DNA from: Octopus sinensis
Taxonomy: Eukaryota
Length of the DNA stretch: 64,000 bases
Reading direction: 5' to 3'
NCBI RefSeq assembly: GCF_006345805.1
Contig: NC_043020.1
Location: forward strand, 10,106,001 to 10,170,000
A program made the translations under genes and the position numbers. Below, in pieces: positions 25,099 to 40,602 of the stretch; position 1 is the stretch's first letter, and every line of letters starts with the position of its first letter. Under the pieces are notes generated by a model, which saw only the letters and a program-made list of their open reading frames with translations, had not been told where the DNA came from and did no database searches.

Positions 25099-28000
25099 AT
25101 CAGTACATGAACATACTATTATCAGCACACGAACATACTATTATTGGCAGATGAACATACTATTATCGGCAGATGAACATGCTATTATCGGCAGATGAAC
25201 ATGCTATTATCGGCAGATGAACATGCTATTATCGGCAGATGAAATGCTATTATCGGCAGATGATAATGCTATTATCGGCAGATGAACATGCTATTGCCGG
25301 CAGATGAACATGCTATTACCGGCAGATGAACATGCTATTACCGGCAGATGAACATGCTATTGCCGGCAGATGAACATATTATTACCAGCACATGAACATA
25401 CTATTATTGGCACATGAACATGCTATTACCGGCATATGAACATACTATTACCGACACCTGAACATACTATTACCGGCACATGAACATGCTAACATCAGCA
25501 CATGAACATGCTAACATCAGCACATGAACATGCTATCATCGGCACATGAACATGCTATCATCAGCACATGAACATGCTAACATCAGCACATGAACATGCT
25601 AACATCAGCACATGAACATGCTATCATCGGCACATGAACATGCTAACATCAGCACATGAACATGCTAACATCAGCACATGAACATGCTAACATCAGCACA
25701 TGAACATGCTAACATCAGCACATGAACATGCTAACATCAGCACATGAACATGCTAACATCAGCACATGAACATGCTAACATCAGCACATGAACATGCTAA
25801 CATCAGCACATGAACATGCTAACATCGGCACATGAACATACTATTATCGGCACATGAACATGCTATCATCGGCACATGAACATGCTAACATCAGCACATG
25901 AACATGCTAACATCAGCACATGAACATGCTAACATCAGCACATGAACATGCTAACATCAGCACATGAACATGCTAACATCAGCACATGAACATACTATTA
26001 TCGGCACATGAACATGCTATCATCGGCACATGAACATGCTAACATCAGCACATGAACATGCTAACATCAGCACATGAACATGCTAACATCAGCACATGAA
26101 CATGCTAACATCAGCACATGAACATGCTAACATCAGCACATGAACATGCTAACATCAGCACATGAACATGCTAACATCGGCACATGAACATACTATTATC
26201 GGCACATGAACATACTATTATCGGCACATGAACATGCTATCATCGGCACATGAACATGCTAACATCGGCACATGAACATGCTAACATCAGCACATGAACA
26301 TGCTAACATCAGCACATGAACATACTATTATCGGCACATGAACATGCTATCATCAGCACATGAACATGCTAACATCAGCACATGAACATGCTATCATCGG
26401 CACATGAACATGCTATCATCAGCACATGAACATGCTAACATCAGCACATGAACTGCTAACATCAGCACATGAACATGCTATCATCGCACATGAACATGCT
26501 AACATCAGCACATGAACATGCTAACATCAGCACATGAACATGCTAACACATCAGCACATGACATGCTAACATCAGCACATGAACATGCTAACATCAGCAC
26601 ATGAACATGCTAACATCAGCACATGAACATGCTAACATCAGCACATGAACATGCTAACATCAGCACATGAACATGCTAACATCGGCACATGAACATACTA
26701 TTATCGGCACATGAACATGCTATCATCGGCACATGAACATGCTAACATCAGCACATGAACATGCTACATCAGCACATGAACATGCTAACATCAGCACATG
26801 AACATGCTAACATCAGCACATGAACATGCTAATCAGCACATGAACATACTATTATCGGCACATGAACATGCTATCATCGGCACATGAACATGCTAACATC
26901 AGCACATGAACATGCTAACATCAGCACATGAACATGCTAACATCAGCACATGAACATGCTAACATCAGCACACATGAACATGCTAACATCAGCACATGAA
27001 CATGCTAACATCAGCACATGACCTGCTAACATCGGCACATGAACATACTATTATCGGCACATGAACTACTATTACGACATGAACATGCTATCATCGGCAC
27101 ATGAACATGCTAACATCGGCACATGAACATGCTAACATCAGCACATGAACATGCTAACTCAGCACATGAACATACTATTATCGGCACATGAACATGCTAT
27201 CATCAGCACATGAACATGCTAACATCAGCACATGAACATGCTAACATCGGCACATGAACATGCTAACATCAGCACATGAACATGCTAACATCAGCACATG
27301 AACATGCTAACATCAGCACATGAACATGCTAACATCAGCACATGAACATCTATTATCGGCACATGAACTACTAAAAATCAACAAAAAAATACATGCTAAC
27401 ATCAGCACATGAACATGCTAACATCAGCACATGAACATGTGCTATCATCGGCACATGAACATGCTAACATCAGCACATGAACATGCTAACATCAGCACAT
27501 GAACATGCTAACATCGCACATGAACATGCTAACATCAGCACATGAACATACTATTACCTGACACATGAACATGCTACATCGGCACATGAACATGCTAACA
27601 TCAGCACATGAACATGCTAACATCAGCACATGAACATGCTATCATCGACACATGAAACATGCTAACATCAGCACATGAACAATGCTAACATCAGCACATG
27701 AACATGCTAACATCAGCACATGAACATGCTATCATCGACACATGAACATGCTAACATCAGCACATGAACATGCTAACATCAGCACATGACACATACTATT
27801 ACCGGCACATGACATGCTAACATCGGCACATGAACATGCTAACATCAGCACATGAACATGCTACATCAGCACATGAACATGCTATCATCGGCACACATGA
27901 ACATGCTAACATCAGCACATGAACATGCTAACATCAGCACATGAACATGCTAACATCGGCACATGAACATGCTAACATCAGCACATGAACATGCTAACAT

Positions 28001-31000
28001 CAGCACATGAACATGCTAACATCAGCACAGAACATGCTAACATCAGCACATGAACATGCTATCATCGACACATGAACATGCTACATCAGCACATGAACAT
28101 GCCTACATCAGCACATGAACATGCTATCATCGACACATGAACATGCTAACATCAGCAATGACAATGCTAACATCAGCACATGAACATGCTAACATCAGCA
28201 CATGAACATGCTAACATCAGCACATGAACATGCTAACATCAGCACATGAACATGCTAACATCAGCACATGAACATGCTAACATCAGCACATGAACATGCT
28301 AACATCGACACATGAACATGCTAACATCAGCACATGAACATGCTAACATCAGCACATGAACATGCTAACATCAGCACATGAACATGCTAACATCAGCACA
28401 TGAACATGCTAACATCAGCACATGAACATGCTAACATCAGCACATGAACATGCTATCATCGACACATGAACATGCTAACATCAGCACATGAACATGCTAA
28501 CATCAGCACATGAACATGCTAACATCAGCACATGAACATGCTAACATCAGCACATGAACATGCTATCATCGACACATGAACATGCTAACATGAGCACATG
28601 AACATGCTTAACATCAGCACATGAACATGCTAACATCAGCACATGAACAACTGCTATCATCGACACATGAACATGCTAACATCAGCACATGAACATGCTA
28701 ACATCAGCACATGAACATGCTAACATCAGCACATGAACATGCTAACATCAGCACATGAACATGCTAACATCAGCACATAAACATGCTAACATCAGCACAT
28801 GAACATGCTAACATCAGCACATGAACATGCTAACCTCAGCACCAGATGAACATGCTAACATCAGCACATGAACATGCTATCATCGACACATGAACATGCT
28901 AACATCAGCACATGAACATGCTAACATCAACACACTGACATGCTAACATCGGCACATGAACATGCTAACATCAGCACATAGAACATGCTAACATCAGCAC
29001 ATGAACATGCTAACATCAGCACATGAACATGCTAACATCAGCACATGAACATGCTAACTCAGCACATGAACATGCTAACATCAGCACATGAAACATGCTA
29101 TCATCGACACATGACATGCTAACATCAGCACATGCATGCTAACATCAGCACATGAACATGCTATCATCAGCACATGAACATGCTAACATCAGCACATGAA
29201 CATGCTAACATCAGCACATGAACATGCTAACATCAGCACATGAACATGCTAACATCAGCACATGACATGCTATCATCAGCACATGAACATGCTAACATCA
29301 GCACATGAACATGCTAACATCAGCACATGAACATGCTAACATCAGCACATGAACATGCTATCATCACACATGAACATGCTAACATCAGCACATGAACATG
29401 CTATCATCAGCACATGAACATGCTAACATCAACATCAGCACACATGAACATGCTATCATCAGCACATGAACATGCTATCATCGACACTGAACATGCTAAC
29501 ATCAGCACATGAACATGCTATCATCAGCACATGAACATGCTAACATCAGCACATGACATGCTATCATCGACACATGAACATGCTAACATCAGCACATGAA
29601 CTGCTAACATCAGCACATGAACATGCTAACATCAGCACATGAACATGCTACATCAGCACATGAACATGCTAACATCAGCACATGAACATGCTAACATCAG
29701 CACATGAACATGCTAACATCAGCACATGAACATGCTAATCATCGACATGAACATGCTAACATCAGCACATGAACATGCTAACATCAGCACATGAACATGC
29801 TAACATCAGCACATGAACATGCTAACATCAGCACATGAACATGCTATCATCAGCACATGAACATGCTAACATCAGCACATGAACATGCTAACATCAGCAC
29901 ATGAACATGCTATCATCGACACATGAACATGCTATCATCAGCACATGAACATGCTAACATCAGCACATGAACATGCTAACATCAGCACATGAACATGCTA
30001 TCATCGACACATGAACATGCTAACATCAGCACATGAACATGCTAACATCAGCACATGAACATGCTAACATCAGCACATGAACATGCTAACATCAGCACAT
30101 GAACATGCTATCATCAGCACATGAACATGCTAACATCAGCACATGAACATGCTATCATCAGCACATGAACATGCTATCATCGACACATGAACATGCTAAC
30201 ATCAGCACATGAACATGCTATCATCAGCACATGAACATGCTAACATCAGCACATGAACATGCTATCATCGACACATGAACATGCTAACATCAGCACATGA
30301 ACATGCTAACATCAGCACATGAACATGCTAACATCAGCACATGAACATGCTATCATCAGCACATGAACATGCTAACATCAGCACATGAACATGCTAACAT
30401 CAGCACATGAACATGCTAACATCAGCACCATGAACATGCTATCATCGACACATGAACATGCTAACATCAGCACATGAACATGCTAACATCAGCACATGAA
30501 CATGCTAACATCACACATGAACATGCTAACATCAGCACATGAACATGCTATCATCAGCACATGAACATGCTAACATCAGCACATGAACATGCTAACATCA
30601 GCACATGAACATGCTATCATCGACACATGAACATGCTAACATCAGCACATGAACATGCTAACATCAGCACATGAACATGCTAACATCAGCACATGAACAT
30701 GCTAACATCAGCACATGAACATGCTAACATCAGCACATGAACATGCTATTATCGGCACATGAACATGCTAACATCACAGTGAACATGCTAACATCAGCAC
30801 ATGAACATGCTATCATCGGCACATGAACATGCTAACATCAGCACATGAACATGCTAACATCAGCACACATGAACATGCTAACATCGGCACATGAACATGC
30901 TAACATCAGCACATGAACATACTATTAACCACATGAACATGCTAACATCAGCACATGAACTGCTAACATCGGCACATGAAACATGCTAACATCAGCACAT

Positions 31001-34000
31001 GAACATGCTATCATCGCACATGAACATGCTAACATCGGCACATGAACATGCTAACATCGGCACATGAACATGCTAACATCAGCACATGAACTGCTAACAT
31101 CAGCACATGAACATGCTAACATCGGCACATGAACATGCTACATCAGCACATGAACATGCTAACATCGGCACATGAACATGCTAACATCAGGCACATGAAC
31201 ATGCTCTACATCAGCACATGAACATGCTAACATCAGCACATGAACATGCTATCATGGCACATGAACATGCTAAATCAGCAACATGAACATGCTATCATCG
31301 GCACATGAACATGCTAACATCAGCACATGAACATGCTATCATCGGCACATGAACATGCTAACATCAGCACATGAACATGCTAACATCAGCACATGAACAT
31401 GCTAACATCGGCACATGAACATGCTAACATCAGCACATGAACATGCTAACATCAGCACATGAACATGCTAACATCAGCACATGAACATGCTAACATCAGC
31501 ACATGAACATGCTATCATCGACACATGAACATGCTAACATCAGCACATGAACATGCTAACATCAGCACATGAACATGCTATCATCGACACATGAACATGC
31601 TAACATCAGCACATGAACATGCTAACATCAGCACATGAACATGCTAACATCAGCACATGAACATGCTAACATCAGCACATGAACATGCTAACATCAGCAC
31701 ATGAACATGCTAACATCAGCACATGAACATGCTAACATCAGCACATGAACATGCTACATCAGCACATGAACATGCTATCATCGACACATGAACAGCTAAC
31801 ATCACATGAACATGCTAACATCAGCACATGAACATGCTAACATCAGCACATGAACATGCTAACATCAGCACATGAACATGCTATCATCGACACATGAACA
31901 TGCTAACATCACACATGAACATGCTAACATCAGCACATGAACATGCTAACATCAGCACATGAACATGCTATCATCGACACATGAACATGCTAACATCAGC
32001 ACATGAACATGCTAACATCAGCACATAACATGCTAACATCAGCACATGAACATGCTAACATCAGCACATGAACAGCTAACATCAGCACTGAACATGCTAA
32101 CATCAGCACATGAACATGCTAACATCAGCACATGAACATGCTAACATCAGCACATGAACATGCTAACATCAGCACATGAACATGCTATCATCGACACATG
32201 AACATGCTTAACATCAGCACATGAACATGCTAACATCGCACATGAACATGCTAACATCAGCACATGAACATGCTAACATCGCACATGAACGCTATCATCA
32301 GCACATGAACATGCTAACATCAGCACATGACATGCTAACATCAGCACATGAACATGCTATCATCGACACATGAACATGCTAACATCAGCACTGAACATGC
32401 TACATCAGCACATGACATGCTACATCAGCACATGAACATGCTATCATCGACACATGAATGCTAACATCAGCACATGGAACATGCTAACATCATCAGCACA
32501 TGAACATGCTAACATCAGCACATGAACATCTACCAAACAGCAGCACATGAACATGCTATCATCAGCACATGAAATGCTAACCATCACACATGAACATGCT
32601 AACATCAGCACATGAACATGCTAACATCAGCACATGAACATGCTATCATCGACACATGAACATGCTAACATCAGCACATGAACATGCTAACATCAGCACA
32701 TGAACATGCTAACATCAGCACTGAACATGCTAACATCAGCACATGAACATGCTATCATCAGCACATGAACATGCTAACATCAGCAACATGAACATGCTAT
32801 CATCAGAACATGAACATGCTAACATCAGCACATTGAACATGCTATCATCGACACTGAACATGCTAACATCAGCACATGACATGCATCCATCAGCACTGAA
32901 CATCTAATCAGCCATGAACATGCTACATCAGCACATGAACATCTAACATCGACACATGGAACTGCCTAATACACAGCACATGAACATGCTAACATCAGCA
33001 CATGACATGCTAACATCAGCACATGAACATGCTATCATCGACACATGAACATGCTATCATCGGCACATGAACATGCTATTATCGGCACATGAACATACTA
33101 TTACCGGCACATGAACGTACCATTACCGGCACACAAACATACCATTACCGGCACATGAACGTACCATTACCGGCACATGAACATACTATTACCGGCACAT
33201 GAACATACTATTACCGGCACATGAACATACTATTGCCGGCACATGAACGTACCATTACCGGCACATGAACATACTATTACCGGCACATGAACATACTATT
33301 ACCGGCACATGAACATACTATTGCCGGCACATGAACGTACCATTACCGGCACATGAACATACTATTACCGGCACATGAACATACTAACATCAGCACATGA
33401 ACATGCTAACATCAGCACATGAACATGCTAACATCAGCACATGAACATACTAACATCAGCACATGAACATGCTATTACTGGCACATGAACATACTATTAT
33501 CGGCACATGAACATGCTAACATCAGCACATGAACATGCTATCATCGGCACATGAACATGCTATCATCGGCACATGAACATACTATTACCGGCACATGAAC
33601 ATACTATTACCGGCACATGAACGTACCATTACCGGCACATGAACATACCATTACCGGCACATGAACATACTATTACCAGCACATGAACGTACCATTACCG
33701 GCACACAAACATACCATTACCGGCACATGAACATACCATTACCGGCACATGAACGTACCATTACCGGCACATGAACATACCATTACCGGCACATGAACGT
33801 ACTATTACCGGCACATGAACGTACCATTACCGGCACACAAACATACCATTACCGGCACATGAACATACCATTACCGGCACATGAACATACCATTACTGGC
33901 ACATGAACGTACCATTACCGGCACATGAGCGTACCATTACCGGCACATGAACATACCATTACCGGCACATGAACATACCATTACCGGCACATGAACATAC

Positions 34001-35217
34001 CATTACCGGCACATGAACGTACCATTACCGGCACATGAACGTACCATTACCGGCACACAAACATACCATTACCGGCACATGAACATACCATTTCCGGCAC
34101 ATGAACATACCATTACCGGCACATGAACATACCATTACCGGCACATGAACGTACCATTACCGGCACACAAACATACCATTACCGGCACATGAACATACCA
34201 TTACCGGCACATGAACGTACCATTACCGGCACACAAACATACCATTACCGGCACATGAACGTACCATTACCGGCACACAAACATACCATTACCGGCACAT
34301 GAACATACCATTACCGGCACATGAACATACCATTACCGGCACATGAACATACCATTACCGGCACATGAACATACCATTGCCGGCACATGAACATACCATT
34401 ACCGGCACACGAACATACCATTACCGGCACACGAACATACCATTACCGGCACATGAACATACCATTACCGGCACATGAACGTACCATTACCGGCACATGA
34501 ACGTACCATTACCGGCACATGAACGTACCATTACCGGCACATGAACATGCTATCATCGGCACATGAACATACTATTACCGGCACATGAACATACTATTAC
34601 CGGCACATGAACGTACCATTACCGGCACATGAACATACCATTACCGGCACATGAACATACTATTACCAGCACATGAACGTACCATTACCGGCACACAAAC
34701 ATACCATTACCGGCACATGAACATACCATTACCGGCACATGAACGTACCATTACCGGCACATGAACATACCATTACCGGCACATGAACATACCATTACCG
34801 GCACATGAACGTACCATTACCGGCACACAAACATACCATTACCGGCACATGAACATACCATTACCGGCACATGAACGTACCATTACCGGCACACAAACAT
34901 ACCATTACCGGCACATGAACGTACCATTACCGGCACACAAACATACCATTACCGGCACATGAACATACCATTACCGGCACATGAACATACCATTACCGGC
35001 ACATGAACATACCATTGCCGGCACATGAACATACCATTACCGGCACACGAACATACCATTACCGGCACACGAACATACCATTACCGGCACATGAACATAC
35101 CATTACCGGCACATGAACATACCATTACCGGCACATGAACGTACCATTACCGGCACATGAACGTACCATTACCGGCACATGAATGTACCATTACCGGCAC
35201 ACGAACATACTATTATC
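25099..35217. repeat. ~10.1-kb 22-bp minisatellite (~460 units) inside a NAPRT intron
   Basis: Consensus gcacatgaacatgctaacatca with regional variants. Confidence 0.98.
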
Positions 35218-35338
35218 ATCTTCATCTTGTAACTGAACCATAGAATATTGAGGATTGTAATTAAATCGTAAAATATAGAAGATTGTAACAAAATTACAAT
35301 TAGTGATTAATCTTGTTTTTTTTTTGTTTTTTTAAAAG

Positions 35339-35410
35339 GAAACAAAACGAGCTTATGTGCAACCTTCAAGAGTTGAACCACTGTACAAAGTTTACTGGAA
35401 AAATGGGAAA
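35339..35410 (+). CDS. NAPRT: NAPRT coding exon ([24 protein letters not shown])
   Basis: T-rich tract + aag acceptor, gtaagt donor, 72 nt, phase 0-0; KRAYV.P..VE.L motif. Confidence 0.93.
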
Positions 35411-36249
35411 GTAAGTAGACTGCCTACTGTGTTAAATGACTTATGTGTGAAAGTGTTTTGCAGATTTTTTCTTGTTTAGCCCTGAGGTGACCCTAGAACT
35501 CAAAGATGACTGGTAGGATTTGAACCTAGAAATAGAAATAGAGCAACAAGACTAAACTCTGAAGATCAAACTACTGCTTTTGCTTTGATGCTGAAAAGTG
35601 GATAGTCTTCCTCGGTGTGGTGGTCATGGTGGTGGGTGCAGTTCGGAGGTTTTGAGAACAGCTTTCCTTCTCGGGTCAAGCCTTCATCAGCTTTTTTCAT
35701 TGTAGCACCTGAAGGTGAAGAAAGAAAAAAGATACTGCTAAAAAGATGCTTGAAGGTGAGGAGAGAGAAGAGGTACCTGTCAGGTTGCTGCTTGAAGGGG
35801 ACGGTAGAAGGGAGGTGTTACTCTCCATTAAATTTAATTAAAGGTAGGTTGAAAGTGGTGAAGAAGCTGGTATGGCTAATTGTCAGCAAGAACTCGAAGA
35901 TATTTGCCTTCAGTGTGTGTCAAGGTAATCTAGGAGTGTGTGTGGTGTGTGTGTGTGAGGGGGTGCCTTGAAATGCTCTTGTAGTTTTCCCCTCCCCCAC
36001 CGCATCTTTGTGTCTTGTACGTCGAATATTTTATTTTAATGTTATTGCCGTGACTAAAGAAGGTAGATAACTCTGCTCGTGTCCGTGACTTAATTTATAG
36101 TTATCTCCCCTTTACCCCCCCCCCCACCCTCCATCATTTCATTTCCATTTGAAGCATTTTCTTTCACCCTTTTTAAAAATTTATTTGAAAGGCTGTGGCT
36201 ACAATGCCAGAACGCAGCTCTTTTCGCGTCAGACTTATTTATTAGTTAT

Positions 36250-38752
36250 ATCTATTTCAAACTTCAAACTCCACCCGTCTAACACCCGTGGGCATATTTA
36301 CAAAGTCAGAAAACAGCACAGCTCCCATGACTTAAGGAAACATTTCTTCACGCTGAGAGTTGATGAAGCATGGAACAAACTGCCGGCATCAGTTGCTAGT
36401 TGTCGGAGCACTGCATCCTTCAAAACTTCCATGCTTCCTGAGATTCGCCAACACTACACCTGATTTTCTCCCCTCCATACACACGCTGAGGCACGGAACA
36501 AACTGCTGGCATCAGTTGTTAGTTGTCGGAGCACTGCATCCTTCAAAACTTCCATGCTTCCTGAGATTCGCCAACACTACACCTGATTTTCTCCCCTCCA
36601 TACACACGCTTAGGCATGGAACAAACTGCCGGCATCAGTCGTTAGTTGTCGGAGCACTGCATCCTTCAAAACTTCCATGCTTTCTGAGATTCGCCAACAC
36701 TACACCTGATTTTCTCCCCTCATACACACGCTTAGGCATGGAGGAACAAACTGCCGGCATCAGTCGTTAGTTGTCGGAGCACTGCATCCTTCAAAAATTC
36801 CATGCTTTCTGAGATTCGCCACAAACACCTGATTTTCTCCCCTCCATACACACGCTTAGGCATGGAACAAACTGCCGGCATCAGTCGTTAGTTGTCGGAG
36901 CACTGCATCCTTCAAAACTTCCATGCTTTCTGAGATTCGCCAACACTACACCTGATTTTCTCCCCTCATACACACGCTTAGGCATGGAACAAACTGCCGG
37001 CATCAGTCGTTAGTTGTCGGAGCACTGCATCCTTCAAAACTTCCATGCTTCCTGAGATTCGCCAACACTACACCTGATTTTCTCCCCTCCATACACACGC
37101 TTAGGCATGGAACAAACTGCCGGCATCAGTCGTTAGTTGTCGGAGCACTGCATCCTTCAAAACTTCCATGCTTTCTGAGATTCGCCAACACTACACCTGA
37201 TTTTCTCCCCTCCATACACACGCTTAGGCATGGAACAAACTGCCGGCATCAGTCGTTAGTTGTCGGAGCACTGCATCCTTCAAAACTTCCATGCTTTCTG
37301 AGATTCGCCAACACTACACCTGATTTTCTCCCCTCCATACACACGCTTAGGCATGGAACAAACTGCCGGCATCAGTCGTTAGTTGTCGGAGCACTGCATC
37401 CTTCAAAACTTCCATGCTTTCTGAGATTCGCCAACACTACACCTGATTTTCTCCCCTCCATACACACGCTTAGGCATGGAACAAACTGCCGGCATCAGTC
37501 GTTAGTTGTCGGAGCACTGCATCCTTCAAAACTTCCATGCTTCTGAGATTCGCCAACACTACACCTGATTTTCTCCCCTCCATACACACGCTTAGGCATG
37601 GAACAAACTGCCGGCATCAGTCGTTAGTTGTCGGAGCACTGCATCCTTCAAAACTTCCATGCTTTCTGAGATTCGCCAACACTACACCTGATTTTCTCCC
37701 CTCCATACACACGCTTAGGCATGGAACAAACTGCCGGCATCAGTCGTTAGTTGTCGGAGCACTGCATCCTTCAAAACTTCCATGCTTTCTGAGATTCGCC
37801 AACACTACACCTGATTTTCTCCCCTCCATACACACGCTTAGGCATGGAACAAACTGCCGGCATCAGTCGTTAGTTGTCGGAGCACTGCATCCTTCAAAAC
37901 TTCCATGCTTTCTGAGATTCGCCAACACTACACCTGATTTTCTCCCCTCCATACACACGCTTAGGCATGGAACAAACTGCCGGCATCAGTCGTTAGTTGT
38001 CGGAGCACTGCATCCTTCAAAACTTCCATGCTTTCTGAGATTCGCCAACACTACACCTGATTTTCTCCCCTCCATACACACGCTTAGGCATGGAACAAAC
38101 TGCCGGCATCAGTCGTTAGTTGTCGGAGCACTGCATCCTTCAAAACTTCCATGCTTTCTGAGATTCGCCAACACTACACCTGATTTTCTCCCCTCCATAC
38201 ACACGCAAGCATGTATCTGACTCATACACTGTTCACTTTCCAGATATTTGTACATTATTGCATATGCTTTATCTTCTTTATCTTTTATCTTTTACTTGTT
38301 TCAGTCATTTGACTGCGGCCTTGCTGGAGCACCGGCTTTAATCGAGCAACTCGACTCCGGTACTTATTCTTTTTGTAGGCCCAGTACTTATTCTATCGGT
38401 CTCTTTTGCCGAACCGCTAAGTAACGGGGACATAAACACACCAGCATCGGTTGTCAAGCAATGCTAGGGGGACAAACACAGACACACAAACACACGCATA
38501 TATATATATATATATACATATACACGATGGGCTTCTTTCAGTTTCCATCTACCAAATCCACTCACAAGGCTTTGGTCGGCCCGAGGCTATAGTCGAAGAC
38601 ACTTGCCCAAGGTGCCACACAGTGGGACTGAATCCAGAACCATGTGGTTGGTAAACAAGCTACTTACCACACAGCCACTCCTGTGCCTATTATACGCACT
38701 TTTGACAAGTTGTGGTGCACCTGAGCACAGTATACAATAATTTCATTATTAT
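36250..38752 (+). mobile_element. 3' end of a CR1-clade LINE with internal tandem amplification and a SINE insertion
   Basis: TRGHIYK..RKHFFTLRV..AWNKLP ORF2 C-terminus; 3' UTR resumes at 38207-38270 and 38690-38752, ending in (ATT)n. Confidence 0.85.
36368..38206 (+). repeat. 123-bp tandem array, ~15 copies, CR1-derived
   Basis: Unit ggcatggaacaaactgccggcatcag...ccatacacacgctta; 41-aa periodicity in the ORF track. Confidence 0.95.
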
Positions 38753-39892
38753 AAACCTGACGAAGCAGACCTATAATTAAAAGCATTCCATCCATGACCA
38801 TTTCCTTTTTTTTTTTTCCAGAATACTTTATCCAATGTTTCTGTGTTTTTTTAATGTGGCATGATATAAATTGAGGGCAGTTTGGTTGCTGTTTCTATAA
38901 TACTTTACTGGCTTCTATTACAAATAAATATCAAAAGATAAAAGCACCCACTACACTCACAGAGTCGTTGGCGTTAGGAAGGGCATGCAGCTGTAGAAAT
39001 ACTGCCAGATCAGAATGGAGCCTGGTGCAGCCTCCTGGCTTCCCAGATCCCGGTCAAACCGTCCAACCCATGCTAGCATGGAGAACGGACATTAAGCGAT
39101 GATGATGATGATGATAGGTATGTACCTTGAGGAGGTACACTTCTCTATACTCAGGGTACCAAGATTTAAATAGGAACCATGAAAGGTGATAATCACTGTG
39201 AGGTGGAGTGTGAAGTGTCCACTCACTCTAAAATGGGGTGCGAGGTGGGTTGGGTGGGGTCACATTCTGTGAGGGAGAGTATAGAAAATTATGGAAGTGG
39301 CTGTGTGGTAAGTAGCTTGTTTACCAACCACATGGTTCCGGGTTCAGTCCCACTGCGTGGCACCTTGGGAAAGTGTCTTCTACTATCGCCTCAGGCCGAC
39401 CAAAGCCTTGTGAGTGGATTTGGTAGGCGGAAACTGAAAGAAGCCCGTCGTATATATATATATATATATATGTGTTTGTGTGTCTGTGTTTGTCCCCCTA
39501 GCATTGCTTGACAACCGATGCTGGTGTGTTTATGTCCCCATTACTTAGTGGTTCGGCAAAAGAGACCAATAGAATAAGTACTCGGCTTACAAAAAGAATA
39601 AGTCCTGGGGTCGAGTTGCTCGATTAAAAGGCGATGCTCCAGCATGGCCGCAGTCAAATGACTGAAACAAGTAAAAGAGTAAAGTGTTCACTCATAAGTC
39701 GAGTGCGTACTCAGTGTGAAATTCTGTGTGATGGGTGATGAAAAGTTCTGGGCTTTAAGGGTATATCGTGAGGGACCTCATTGGAGGCCCAACCTTCTGA
39801 GTTCTTTTATAGGGCTCAGGAAGACTGAAGGACCGCTGCAATAATAAGTGTGTGAATCTGAGAGGGGAATATCTTGAATAAAATCATAAATA

Positions 39893-40056
39893 CTGTATTT
39901 TAACATATATAAGGAAACCCCTAATTTTGGGGGCTTGAAATTTGGAAAAAAAAGGTTTCGTAAGGGATTATAATACTATCCATGTGTAAGAAACTCCCAT
40001 ATTTTTTTAACCTAATTTTTGACAAAAAAGGGTTCCTTATACACTTTAGAATACAG
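39893..40056. mobile_element. pogo/Tigger-like MITE nested in a mariner-type MITE (~39729-40117)
   Basis: TA-CTGTATT...AATACAG-TA ends; outer element has gggtgatgaaaagttc / gagcttttcggcacccc inverted ends. Confidence 0.6.
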
Positions 40057-40199
40057 TAACTGATCCTCCCATATTTTCTTTTACCCGAAGTCAGGAGCTT
40101 TTCGGCACCCCTTCGTATGTCCAATCCTTTTAAGTGTCCACTTATTATAAGGTGAAGTTTACACTCATTTTGTTGTTGTTGTTGTTGTCCTTCTAACAG

Positions 40200-40307
40200 G
40201 CTCAGCACAATCTCCCAACGCTGCGACAACTGAGAGAGAAGACATTGTCATCATTGAGTCACATACGGGAAGATCACAAGCGAGCCCTACAGCCTAGTCC
40301 ATATAAG
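40200..40307 (+). CDS. NAPRT: NAPRT coding exon (AQHNLPTLRQLREKTLSSLSHIREDHKRALQPSPYK)
   Basis: aacag acceptor, gtaatg donor, 108 nt, phase 0-0; DHKRAL.P.PYK motif of the NAPRT C-terminal domain. Confidence 0.94.
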
Positions 40308-40602
40308 GTAATGTATATATATAATGTATATTACCATATAAGGTAATGTATATTAAAGGCAGCGAGCTGGCAGAACCGTTAGCGCGCCAGGTGAAATGCT
40401 AAGCGGTATTTCGTCTGTCGTTACGTTCTGAGTTCAAATTCCGCTGAGGTCGACTTTGCCTTTCATCCTTTCGGGGTCGATAAATAAAGTACCAGTTACG
40501 CACTGGGGTCGATGTAATCGACTTAATGTCTGTCCTTGTTTGTCTCCTCTGTGTTTAGCCCCTTGTGGGTAGTAAAGAAATATATATTTGTGTGTGTGTG
40601 TG

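Noticed and set aside
25099-35217. CRISPR-like appearance of regular repeats
   Set aside because: No unique spacers, no cas genes, eukaryotic intron; it is a simple minisatellite
37537-38220. 227-aa repetitive ORF
   Set aside because: Alternative frame of a 123-bp (multiple of 3) CR1-derived tandem unit
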